A stretch of DNA of 62,689 nt, filler included, from Vannella sp. (Eukaryota): the NCBI GenBank assembly GCA_023345925.1. It is 4 parts of 4 records of this genome, joined end to end, with 100 filler letters (N's around TTAATTAATTAA, not from the genome) between each part and the next. Parts side by side here need not be neighbours in the genome. Positions count along the whole stretch, not along the records: positions 1 to 16,062 come from JAJQQN010001067.1; 3 more parts are not named here. One strand, written 5' to 3'. Under the pieces are notes generated by a model. It was not told the DNA's origin, made no database searches, and saw only the letters and a list, made by a program, of their open reading frames with translations. This document shows, piece after piece, positions 1 through 10,554 of the stretch. The position numbers were made by a program, and so were the translations under genes. The first letter of the stretch is position 1; every line of letters begins with the position of its first letter.

Positions 1-484
1 GCCCAATGCACACTCCTTGCGAGATGTTCAGCCTCTGGCGCCTTCTCTCGACCGCTTCTCCCAGATTTATGGCGGGAATGGCTCGCAAAAGAGTTTCTTC
101 AATCTGGACTTTAACCTGAGACCTCCAGAAACTCCCCAAGCGACATTGGAAGAAATTAGAGACAAGTTGGCACAACTCCAGCGCACTCTTCCTCCTGCCC
201 AGGTTAGGAGTGGCTATCAGGACTCGAGAGTAAGATCTGATAGAGCTCAGGGACTGTTCCCAAGAGAGCCAGATAACAACTTCGACCGCCAGCGACCCAC
301 AGACGATTTCCACGGCTCCAGAGGAGGACAGGGGTTCAGGAGCGGGCGCGAAGACCAGAGCAACAGATATGATGGTGATTACCAGAGGCGCCAAAGCAGT
401 TCTTGGCGAGAGGATGCCCAAAGAGGAAGACCTTCTGATGATAGATTCCGCTCTCGCCCTTATTCTCTTCCCAAATGGTTCTAG
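1..484 (+). CDS. 3' part of a hypothetical protein with a low-complexity R/G/D/S-rich C-terminus (5' end probably outside the window)
   Basis: Open frame from the window edge to TAG at 482-484; no recognisable domain. Confidence 0.5.
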   Translation, partial: PNAHSLRDVQPLAPSLDRFSQIYGGNGSQKSFFNLDFNLRPPETPQATLEEIRDKLAQLQRTLPPAQVRSGYQDSRVRSDRAQGLFPREPDNNFDRQRPTDDFHGSRGGQGFRSGREDQSNRYDGDYQRRQSSSWREDAQRGRPSDDRFRSRPYSLPKWF

Positions 485-601
485 GGCCGCTTTTTAGACG
501 CAGCAGGGGCGATATCTTGTGGTAGGGAGTGATTCTTGTGACTTCTCGAAGGTCTGGAAGGTCAAACCCAAACTTACTAAGTCAGTACCTTTGGTTCAGC
601 C

Positions 602-1037
602 ATGAGGGGGAATGGTTGTTCTGGAACGGAGTTAGTTAGATCCAATCTCTGTTTGGGAAAGCAGGGCCAGAAACAGGAACAATAGAAAGAACCACCAGTT
701 GGGAAGGGCGCGAAGAAGGAGAAGGTTGGAGCAGTTCAGGCTGATCTCTACCGTAGAAATAGGTGATGCAAAGGCCCTTGATTCGCTTGGCATGGATACT
801 GCCCTTACAGGAAGTGAGCCAACGGCAACACTTCACTTCACTCCTCGCAGTCGACTGCCAAAGTTCAAGCTTCCTGTCACACGAACCACGCACCAGTCCC
901 TCCCTCTGCTACCATTCATCTCAGCCAAACCTCTCAATCAACTTCAAGCTGGAACAACGATTTCAGGGTGGGAAGTCAGAGGAAGCGAGACGGGCCCTTC
1001 CAAGGGCACCTTCCCCCAATCGGGAAATCTTTGCTGA
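602..1037 (+). CDS. Possible small two-exon hypothetical protein
   Basis: ATG 602; GTTAGT...GCAG intron 631-664 joins in frame to the 699-1037 ORF; no homology recognised. Confidence 0.3.
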
Positions 1038-1461
1038 AACTCATTTGGTTCCAATTGTTATGATGAGCCCATTTCTTAGCGGAATTTCGGAGCAGCCGCG
1101 CCACGTAGCGAATTTTGGGCAGTTTTTTCATCGCGCGGTTGCGAGTTCGTCGTTCCCGCTCTTGTTGGTGAGTGACATCCTTTTGGGCAGGCTGGGCCTT
1201 GGAGGGCATCATCTATATGGTGTTTGGAAAGGTTAAGGCTGTCTTCTATGGTCCTTGTTAGACCAGAGAAGTTTACGCCGAACCTGCTCTTCATGCGCCT
1301 TGGCCTGCTCTTTTTGTGTACGTTGCGGAACTAACTAAGATTCTAGTTGATTTAGCTGCCGCATTTGCATTACTTCGCGGTATCTCAGTCTCCAACCAGT
1401 CATCACTTGTCATCGACCCTCTATGGGAGTATAGCTTCATCGAAGAACAACAAGCCACATC

Positions 1462-3531
1462 ATGAGTCTTCCTTCTAACGTTCCGCTACCAAACTCCGGC
1501 GGTTCTGGGTTAACTGTCCTTTCCAACACGATGGCGACGCCAGCTAACCACCCCTATGCCCTTCACAACAGCCCACACATCCGTACAAACATCGTACCTA
1601 ATGGATCAATAGCAATCTCAACTGCTCCTGCCTCCGCCCTCACCTTCTCGCCTCGCATGCAAGCACCCTCCCGCAAGGAGACTTTTTCAACGCCAGAGTC
1701 CACGAAAGCTGCTCGCATTAAGGAATATCTTGGAATCGCTGCTAACATCTCCGACTGGGACTTTGAGGCGTTGCAACAGGACATCCAAGCCCTTGGAGCC
1801 TCTCTGTGTACTGGTGTTGATGACAGTGATCCAATCCCTGGTCGTCCTCTTCTGGGCTACACCTCTTCTGCTCCCACCGTACATGTGGCCGTACCATCCT
1901 CTCTACGCCTCCCCTCATCCCTGCTGACGCCGTCCTCTCCTGGAGAGCCTCTTGTGCGATCCCCACTCCCTTCTGATACAGAGTCTTCTGATGAGGAAGC
2001 GCGTCCCCGAAGCAGAGACCTGGAGGAGGAAGTCGACGCGCGCCTCCTTCGCCAACTCGAATCTCAATGCTATGCTGTCAGTTGGCGCTGGTCGTGGCTT
2101 CAACTACAAAGCCAAGAGGTTCAACACACCCTCGCTCGCTGTGCTTTACAGATCGCAACCGCTCGACAAGCCAAAGGAGAACCACTTGGCAACGAGGGAG
2201 CTGGCTCGTTGCGGTGTGGAGGATGGAACTTACGAGAAGCGCAGCGTCCCCTGGCGCCCCCTCCTGCACAAGTCATTCACTTTAGGCTAGGAAAGGTGTT
2301 CCACCCTCTATTCAACGAGTCTCCTCGTCCAGTAACCGTTCCAAGACCTCCTCCGAGTGTCCCTTCACCTGCCTCCCCTACTGGACCTCGGACTCGGAGC
2401 ACAGTATCCCCACGTGTGAGTGCACGCGTATTCTCCCGAAGAGAACGCGATCGTCTGAGGCGAGAGCGAAACAAGCTGGCTCGATTGCAGGAGAACCAAT
2501 CCACCTCCTCTGACTTTGGTCTCGGGAGAAGGAGAGGGCGCCGTACAGCAGAGTACGACATCAACAACGTGGTTTTACCTCAGAGTGGCGTCGTTCAGAA
2601 GATCAGGACGATCGAGTACAAGGAGATCATCACTCCTACCTTCCGTTCTGTCCCTGGTCATCGCGCTGCTCCCATTACCTCGGACGGTATGTCTTCTTCT
2701 GGCGAAGAGGATACGGATGACGAGATTTACGAGAAGCGCCACGCCATCAAGGAGGTTGACGAGAAGACCCGCTTCTCCCTTCCTCTTTCTGCTCAAAAGA
2801 AGTTCGTGCAGCGCCGGACCAGCATCCGTAGCAGTCTACCGATTGTGCCTCGTGCTATCAGCGCTCCTACTTCTCCTGCCTTGTCCTTGTCTTTGTCTAC
2901 TCCTCTGCCTTCACTCCCCGTCCGCACTCCTCCGCCAGCCCCGAAAGTGCGTCCAGTAACTACGCCCCGGCGTGTCAGCCAACGCATTGGAAACAAGAAG
3001 AAGGTACGAAAGCCTGATCTCCGCCGCTCCCACAAAAAGAAGATTCCCACAACCTCCTCGTCCACCCCAACACAGTCTGCAACGGCATCGAAGCGCAAAC
3101 GGACACGAACACGTCAAGAAGGTACTGAAGAGAGTAATAACCCTGCTGCTCATCGCTACCCGGATGACCAGTTCGTGTCGGAGATGGATTTGAGCTTTTT
3201 GGACGTTCCCTCGTCCAACTCACACCGCCATAACACGCGGCGTTCTTCTCTTGCTCCAAGACCGCGCATCACTCTCGTGCCACCCCCACCGTCCCCTCCT
3301 TCTCCGGATGGCTCCACAAAGATCTACCTCAGGCGAGCGCCTTCCGCTCCCATTCCCGTTCCCGTTCCCATTCCTCTGGAGCCTGAGGTGGCTGCAACTC
3401 CCCCTCCCACCATCAAAGCTTCCAAAGTAGGAAAGAAGCGGGGCAGGAAAGGGAAGTCCCGCCAATGGGTTGTCTCAAAGAAGGCTGCCCTTTCCTCTGC
3501 TGACGACACTCCCTCACCTCGCCCCACTTAG
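1462..3531 (+). CDS. PEHE-domain protein, KANSL1/NSL1-like subunit of a MOF histone acetyltransferase complex
   Basis: 689-aa ORF with WRWSWLQLQ and EYDINNVVLP...EYKEIITPTFR...EEDTDDEIYEKRHAIKE motifs resembling the KANSL1 conserved blocks and PEHE domain; basic NLS-like stretches. Confidence 0.7.
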   Translation: MSLPSNVPLPNSGGSGLTVLSNTMATPANHPYALHNSPHIRTNIVPNGSIAISTAPASALTFSPRMQAPSRKETFSTPESTKAARIKEYLGIAANISDWDFEALQQDIQALGASLCTGVDDSDPIPGRPLLGYTSSAPTVHVAVPSSLRLPSSLLTPSSPGEPLVRSPLPSDTESSDEEARPRSRDLEEEVDARLLRQLESQCYAVSWRWSWLQLQSQEVQHTLARCALQIATARQAKGEPLGNEGAGSLRCGGWNLREAQRPLAPPPAQVIHFRLGKVFHPLFNESPRPVTVPRPPPSVPSPASPTGPRTRSTVSPRVSARVFSRRERDRLRRERNKLARLQENQSTSSDFGLGRRRGRRTAEYDINNVVLPQSGVVQKIRTIEYKEIITPTFRSVPGHRAAPITSDGMSSSGEEDTDDEIYEKRHAIKEVDEKTRFSLPLSAQKKFVQRRTSIRSSLPIVPRAISAPTSPALSLSLSTPLPSLPVRTPPPAPKVRPVTTPRRVSQRIGNKKKVRKPDLRRSHKKKIPTTSSSTPTQSATASKRKRTRTRQEGTEESNNPAAHRYPDDQFVSEMDLSFLDVPSSNSHRHNTRRSSLAPRPRITLVPPPPSPPSPDGSTKIYLRRAPSAPIPVPVPIPLEPEVAATPPPTIKASKVGKKRGRKGKSRQWVVSKKAALSSADDTPSPRPT

Positions 3532-3683
3532 CCCCCATGTACCATTACGATCGCTTGCTCGCTGTGTATCAATACAATCCTCCCTCTTCAGAACTGGCCA
3601 ATGAAAGCTCTAGGAATCGGAAACTGACCAATCAGCAAGAGGGCGTGGAATGAGGATTCATTCATTCCGTTCCTGACCCATTG

Positions 3684-4391
3684 ATGCGCGTTGTATCTGT
3701 CTGCGCCCTCTTGGCCCTTTGGGTTGGCTGTGCTATTGCGCAATCAGAGTTCTGCCTCACCATTACCGACGCTTGCGAACGAAAGGTAATGGACGAGGGG
3801 AGGCGGATTGGTTGTGTGTTGTTCTAACGAACGCTTCTCTAGTCTTGCCAGATCGCTTGCGACCCTTGTTTGGTGGATTGCCTTGTTCTGGAGTCATTCC
3901 CTCCCGTCTATGCTTGCTCTAACCCCCGTTCGAGTGTCTCGATGAATGATGTCTGTCCCTCTCGGTTCCCTTTGAACCCCATTCCACTTCCCGAGGACCC
4001 AGTGGAGGAGCCCTCCAAGAACGTTGGTGAGAGCCATGAGGAGCAGCCTGGACATGAAGAGAAGAGCCACGATGGAGAGGAGAAGAGCCACAAGGGACAT
4101 CACAGTAAGGACCACAAGAGCCATGATGGAGAGAAGAGCCACGACGGAGAGGAGAAGAGCCACAAGGGACATCACAGTAAGGATCACCAGAGCCATGACG
4201 AACACCCCAAAGACCACCAAAGCAACAAGGACCACGCCGAGAAGAGCCATGGAGACCACAAGAGCCACGGCGATGAGCACAAGGATCACCATAACAATGA
4301 ACACAAGGACGAAGAGTTTGTGGACCGCGCCAGCGCCACCACCATTCGCATGTGCATCGCATCGGCGTTGGTCCTTGCGTTTGTGATGTAA
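3684..4391 (+). CDS. Secreted or GPI-anchored protein: signal peptide, Cys-rich domain, His-rich repeats, hydrophobic C-terminus
   Basis: Exon 3684-3785 (MRVVSVCALLALWVGCAIAQSEFCLTITDACERK), intron 3786-3842 (GTAATG..CTAAC..CTAG), exon 3843-4391 in frame with the 3870 ORF; ends in ...IRMCIASALVLAFVM. Confidence 0.75.
4057..4300 (+). repeat. Coding tandem repeats (EKSHDGEEKSHKGHHSKDH x2 plus KSH/KDH units)
   Basis: Near-identical duplication of gaagagccacgayggagaggagaagagccacaagggacatcacagtaagga around 4061-4110 and 4133-4182. Confidence 0.85.
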
Positions 4392-4542
4392 TCGCACTCA
4401 CAGCGCCTGCTTGTGATATATGGTAGTTGATGTTTCTTAGTCCCTGTTCTTGGAAGGTTCTAGAGTTACTCATTGGCCCTTTCGGTAGAACAAAGCCTTC
4501 CCCACCCAAAGTTGTCTTTCTTTCGTCCCTGTCTGGCAGAGG

Positions 4543-5595
4543 ATGGCTCTGGCTGGTCGTGTTTTCATCTCCCCATTCTCCAACGAAGTTTGCTTGGTCA
4601 TGGGAGCAGACGGGAGACTACAGCGCATGAATGGAGGCGACATTAGATACCCATCCGCAAGGCTTTCTTTGTGCCAAGACTTCGAGGCGCACCAGATCGT
4701 TCGTGTCGTCTCAGAGAGATCTCGATCCTTTGCGTTGGACCAAGATGGCAAGCTGTGGGGTGTGGGAAAGAACGTGAATGGCGAAGACACCTCATTCTGG
4801 CAGTCCATGTGGTATCTGCCGACCCCCGTTGTTCATATCAGCTGCGGAGAGTTCTTCACCATCCTCTCGGACATAGAAGGAGGCCTCTGGGGCTTCGGAA
4901 CAAACACCACGGGCCAGTTAGGCCAAGAATGCGTGGGCCAAACCATCTCCCCCACCCTCATTGCCACCCATCTGGGCCCCATCAATCGAACGTACTGCGG
5001 TCAAGACTTCTCCTTTGTTGAGACATTCGACGGAGTGCTGTGGGCGTTCGGCAACAACACCAGCGGACAACTTGGCCTTCCAGACCAAGGCCACCAGTCC
5101 TGCCAACCTCCCACTCTGGTTCCTGTGGAAGCGTTTCAGTTTGCTGATATCAAAGCAGGCCGAGACTACTCCATTGCGCTCGACAAGAACGGAGAACTCC
5201 ATTACTGTGGGAAAGGGGGAATGGGAGGATTCTGCTCTATGTATGGCTTTACCGTGCTTCCTGTGCAGTTGGAAAGTGAAGTCCGCAGTATCGCTGCTGG
5301 TCTTGACCATGTTCTTGTGTTAGATACGGAGGGTAAGGTGTGGGGATCCCCTGAAGTGGGACAGACGATACCTCAAAGCAACTTTGGACTGGTTCTCTTG
5401 GACTTTGGCAAGTTGCCGATTATGGAGGTTGGCGCGGGGCGGGACTTCTCCTTTGCCATTGACGAACAGTCCAGAGTGATGATAGCAGAGAGCCAGCCCC
5501 TTCGAAGACCAAGAGACCCATTCGTATTCAAATGCCTCGAGATCAAACTAGGTCCTCCAACCATCACCCCACGACAGAAGTCCGCAACAAACTAA
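4543..5595 (+). CDS. RCC1-repeat (RCC1/BLIP-II) protein
   Basis: Repeated motifs ISCGEFFT..LWGFGTNTTGQLG, YCGQDFSF..LWAFGNNTSGQLG, IAAGLDHVLVL. Confidence 0.85.
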   Translation: MALAGRVFISPFSNEVCLVMGADGRLQRMNGGDIRYPSARLSLCQDFEAHQIVRVVSERSRSFALDQDGKLWGVGKNVNGEDTSFWQSMWYLPTPVVHISCGEFFTILSDIEGGLWGFGTNTTGQLGQECVGQTISPTLIATHLGPINRTYCGQDFSFVETFDGVLWAFGNNTSGQLGLPDQGHQSCQPPTLVPVEAFQFADIKAGRDYSIALDKNGELHYCGKGGMGGFCSMYGFTVLPVQLESEVRSIAAGLDHVLVLDTEGKVWGSPEVGQTIPQSNFGLVLLDFGKLPIMEVGAGRDFSFAIDEQSRVMIAESQPLRRPRDPFVFKCLEIKLGPPTITPRQKSATN

Positions 5596-5680
5596 AAATG
5601 AATAAAATGGCTTTTAACCCATTTCAATAAATGCACAATAATGACGGGCTTTTGGGGCATTTCGTGACCAACTCTCTTGG

Positions 5681-7685
5681 ATGGAGGAGAGGGGCAAAGG
5701 GAAGCGGAAGAGCCTTCTTGTGCGGGTGACTTCGAGGAAGGATGTCGTACCCGAGTTTGGCTCGCGTAGTGGGTCGATGCCGCCCCCAACAGGGGAACCT
5801 TTGGTTCCTGCTAAAAAAGCTCGCCGACGGACGACGGATCCCATCGTGCCTCAACAGGCAGAACACCACGTGCGGCAGCTTCTCTTTAGGAGTCCTTCAT
5901 CCTCACGAACACTCCAACGGCTGGTGAAGTGGTCTGTACCAAAGGTGAGAGCGCCGTTGCCTTCTTCCAGGTGCTAAGGCCTTGCAGATGATCACTAGAA
6001 ACCCTGTCACTTTGGCTGTCCTCATTGCAGTGGACAAGAAGAACGTCTCTTCCTTCTTAGTCGATTATCTGGCTGGGGAAAGGGAAAGCCTTCGCTGTGT
6101 GTTCTACTGCATCATGTGCGAGCTTAATAAGACGAGTACGTCCCATCCTTGACAGCAGAGAGCGTCCACTCATCCTCCCTTGCAAGGTGACCCAGCTCTT
6201 CTCTTCCGCGCTGCAAACTCGCGTATTCGCACTCTCAGTGCCTTCCTGAAGCACGCTGGCGCTGCGTACTTGAAAGAGACCATCACTGGGATCCTCTCTA
6301 GCTTGGATATGAGCCTGAACTACGACTACACCGACGCTGCCAACCACAGCAACTTTCGGGCTGCCGTCAAGTCAGCTGTGGAGGTCATTCAAGCCTCTCT
6401 AGTGCGCCTTCCCCGGTTCATTATAGTCATACTGGCTGCACTATATGAAAAGACAGAGGAGAAGTTCCCAGAGCACGGAACAACTGCTGTTGCGGGGATG
6501 TTTGTCCTCCGTCAGCTCATGTCGACCCTTTCGATGCCAGAAGCAGCTGGACTTGGTATTGAAGTACCTCCTCCCTTGAAGGATGTCCCTAAGGAGCTTA
6601 GCAAGGTCCTACAGTTCGTCTACAGCCGAGCAGAGGTCCAACTAGAGCAGCTCCTTCCCCTAGCCCCGTTCATTCATCAGCAAGCTCAAACAGCATCGAG
6701 AGCTCTCTGTCAAGAGATCATTCAAATCGCAAAGGAGCCCTTAGCTCCCTCCAAGCTCTTCAAAGGCCTCGGATCCTCAAAGGAGGTGCGAAACATTGCC
6801 AAGGCTAAGTTGCAAGAGTCCCTCTTGGACTCTGCAAGTGCTCTTGAAGATGAGATCTTACAATGCCTCTCTGCTTCGTCCCTTGGCTTTGAGCAGGAGT
6901 AGGTGGAGACCCGCAGACCCCGTCTTTGCTTGTCTGACACTCTCTTAGGGAAGGAGAGCTTGATGTCAGCACTTTGTTGTCTTCCACATTAGACAACCTC
7001 TTTGAGGCTGTCAGAATGGAAGCTGAGGTCCTCCAGAAGGACATTATCTTCAGCAGACAGTACTGGATAGAGCACTTTGCCACTTGGAGCATCGGCCAAT
7101 TCGATGCACTCGACCATCGTGCATCTGAAGACTTCTTCTACACAATGTACTGTATCTACAGTCTCCCCCCGTCTCCCCTCCAGAAGGACTGTAAGTGACT
7201 CCCACAGAAACTCCCAAACTCACAAAGGGACAGTTTCTTTGTGCCAATTTGAGGTCAAAAACATGGCCTCCAGTGAGAGGTTCTGTGTCAGATTTGAAAG
7301 GTCCCTTCTTCAGCTGTTGGGGATGGCCCAATTGAGCCAGTACATCATTGCGCGAGCCGAATACTTCTGCAAGAAGGTCCCCGAGAATCCCTCGTTGGTC
7401 TACATTGCCAACGCTCAAGCCGTTCAGTGCCAGCAGCACCATTGGGCTCATTTCATGCAATCTGCTTCCATTCGGAAGATGAATGGGGCTCGGTGGGGCC
7501 AATGGGATCTGCAACTTCAAAGCTCTTTGCTGAAGAGCGGAAAGGCACAGAAATCAAAAGGCGACATCAGGAACTCCCGCGATGGCCCGACGAAGCGTTC
7601 CGGAAAAGAACTTCGCCGCTCCGTATCCATTCACATTGTTGAACCTTCCCGCGTTAGTTTGGTCCATGACGACTCTTCCTTGTAA
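5681..7685 (+). CDS. RasGAP-domain protein, multi-exon
   Basis: LLFRAANS..AFLKHAGAAYLKETI and AVAGMFVLRQL..PE match RasGAP blocks; GT-AG introns near 5944, 6136, 6899 and 7191 link the ORF pieces; exact boundaries approximate. Confidence 0.7.
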
Positions 7686-7882
7686 TCCCTTCCCTCCTTC
7701 CTTCCTTCCTTCACTAGGCCTTCCCCAGAAGGAGAATAAAGACAAAGTTCACTAGATTGGCTCCACTTTTCCACATTGGCAAGAAACGTGCCAATGTTCT
7801 CGCTCATACAAGGGTAGGTCCTGGTGCCAGTGGAGATGCACCCAGTTCACAGAGAGAATCAGGAAAGAGGAGCCAGAGAGAT

Positions 7883-8732
7883 TTACATTTTGCCGAGAAC
7901 AGACTGGGCAACGGCGAGTAGGGCAAGAGATGCTGTTTCTGTGCGGAGAGTGTTCGGCCCAACTTGGACTATTTGAGCCCAACTGGGAGCGACTTGCTCT
8001 TCTTCCTCTGTAGTAAACCCTCCCTCAGGTCCTATGAGGACCACAAGTCCTTGTTTCAGCGCTTCAGAATGCTCTTGCAGGTGCCGAGAGAGAGTAAGAG
8101 GAGCCCGTGGGGACGCTAGAACCGCCAGACCTTTCCATTCTTGTTTCTGGCGAACAGATAAGAGCGAAGAGTAAAGAATGGTGTCCACTTGAGGGACATA
8201 GACTCTCCCTGACTGTCGAGAAGCGTCAACAGCAATCTTTTGGAGCCGATCTGGGCGGAACTCGCTCTTCGCTGACGTCCTAGAGGCTTGAAAGAAGAGG
8301 AATCTTGATGCTCCGAGCTCTGTTGCCCTTTGAACGACCTCCTCTGCTTTCGAAGGCTTCACCCAAGCCTGTGCTACCACCAGAGGTGGTAAGGATGGCT
8401 CCACATGACTGACAAGATGTTGTAATGAGTACTTGCCTCCTTGGAGGCTACCCAGCGCACCTTATCTCGCTTATACGGACGTGTGCATGCTTAGGGGACG
8501 CCAGATCATGCACAGAACCAAAGATAGACCCTCCTGAACCATCAAAAAGCTCCACCAGCGCACCATCTCGCAGACGCAGAACCCTCCCAAAGTGCGCACT
8601 CGCCTCCGACGATAGAAGCACTTGGCCGCCCACCCGCGCGCTCTTCACCGCTTCCGCCTCCACAAACGCCCTTCGAAGACCAGACACTCGCTCCGCCGAC
8701 TCACAAAGCAGCCTCGTTGTCCCCCGCCACAT
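7883..8732 (-). CDS. rsmE: RsmE-family (16S rRNA m3U1498-type SPOUT) methyltransferase, probably mitochondrial
   Basis: HFGRVLRLRDG, QRATELG, DASRQSGR, LIGPEGGFT, GPNTLRTETA motifs; intron 8409-8460; Arg-rich N-terminus MWRGTTRLL suggests a targeting peptide. Confidence 0.9.
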
Positions 8733-8912
8733 CACACCAGCGCCTCCCACCTGGACTAAGGGAAGTGACTTTGTTCCCGTCCCTTTGAACCAGAAAAGTG
8801 GAAAATTAAAAAGATGAGAGAAATACATTGGGACAGGTGTATGGCGAATTTAGGCGGTTTTTTGGGTGGGCGGGAAAGTGGGGAAAGTTGGGAATCATTT
8901 CTTTCTGGGACG

Positions 8913-10448
8913 ATGCCGAAGAGAGCACTTTCCCCCGTATGGTTGGGGAGGCCTTCGAAGCGGGTGAGGATCACTGGTGGTGGGGGAGAAGAGCTCTCCT
9001 CGTCTGTGGGGCCCAATCCACCTTCTGGGGCCTACTTGCTTCAGTTGATTTGCGAGGACACTATCACGTGCTGTACGACTGCAGATGCATCGAAAATGGG
9101 AAAGTCTATGATAGCAGATGTATCAAACCACTTCCTTAGCGAGTCAGAGCGCTCCCAATCATATCTGGTTGTGAAACTCTCAAGCGTGGTCTCCTCTCGC
9201 TACAACGTCATCGTTTACTTGCAGAAGTGGCAATCAGAGGAAGCTGAATCCATCTCCATTGTTGAAGTGAAGAGTGCGACTTGCACGTGCGACTACACGC
9301 CAATGACCCGCAATTACTGCAAGCATGTCGCTGCTACCCTCTGGAGCGTCTTCATCAACGGCTCACGCATTGTCGATTGTGTGCATTCCTTTACATCGTC
9401 TATATCAACACTCAGCCACGAGGTAAGCGCTCGCTCCAACGTGACATTGACTTACCAAACCAAATAGAGTCTTTCCCGTTGCCTGACAGAACTGGTTACA
9501 GCAAGGCCTGACATCAGCCCATTACTGAAGCGGTTGATTCAGAAAGAAGTCGCATCTGAGACTGGCTTTATTGCAAGTCTTGCACCCCCTCCGGACGAGA
9601 GTTTCCGGCTTCAGACTAACTCTGTCGTTTCTTGCGGGGGGAGGAAGGCGAGAATCTTTCATCGAAGCTCTATTCGAGATGAGATTGATGTAGATACGAA
9701 CCAAGTGTTCTCTCTCGTCCACCAGAAGCTCCACACCTTCCTCCAAAATCTCTCTCGTTCTTGTGAAGCTCTCGGCGGTTGCTCTTGCAGCTGCCACACG
9801 ACCATGAATGATGTCACTTCGTGCAATTGTACCAAATCAGATTACTCCTCTGTTAAGTCTGTCGTGAACGAGCTTGTCATCAACGCTGAAAGCTATTTGG
9901 CTCTGAAAACGCCGGTTGGTTCCGCCAATGCGTTGGTGTTAATGGAGTCTCTGGTTCGTGGCTTTATTGTGAACGAGTTTGGTGAAGGAAACAAGGAGAA
10001 TCACTTTCACTTGTTCACATCACAAAAATGGTTCTCAGGCATTCGTAGTAACTTTATGAGGAACGCACTGGAGTTACTGTGGCGCCTAGCAACAGCTCTG
10101 GTTCGAGTAGACATTGTGAGTGATATTCGCCAGACGATTGGGTACTCTCTTCAGCATTGGTGCCAAGACTGTTTGCCAGAATTTCTCCCTTTCTTGGGAG
10201 AACTCCAACACGCTGCCTTTGATGAGTCACTGGGAGCTGAGGACACCCACCAGTCCTATCCTGTAATCACTGCAGCCCGTGCATCAGAGCTCTGGAGAAA
10301 TGAAGACAGGGAAGGGCTGAAAGCTTATTGGTCTTCAGCAGCGATGCCCCACACTTTTGAGGCGTTTGTGGGACACCAAGCTCCCTTCCCTGAGCTTTGG
10401 AATCGGACAGCCACCTACTCTCAGATTATGGCTCAAAAGGCGCCATAA
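8913..10448 (+). CDS. SWIM zinc-finger protein
   Basis: ATCTCDYTPMTRNYCKHVAATLW = CxC...CxH SWIM motif; phase-0 intron 9423-9467 (GTAAGC..ATAG) joins the two ORFs. Confidence 0.75.
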
Positions 10449-10486
10449 ACCCCTTCGTTTTCATATGTTTGGTAATTCTGTTGTGG

Positions 10487-10506
10487 TTAGGGTTTAGGGT
10501 TTAGGG
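10487..10506 (+). repeat. Short telomere-like repeat TTAGGG(TTTAGGG)2
   Basis: ttagggtttagggtttaggg between the convergent 3' ends of two genes. Confidence 0.6.
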
Positions 10507-10554
10507 GTCTGGAAAGACACCTAAACAAGGATTTATTGTCCTTAAGGTGTCTAC

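Noticed and set aside
8913..10448. SWIM protein as a Mutator-like transposase
   Set aside because: No DDE domain, terminal inverted repeats or target-site duplication seen.
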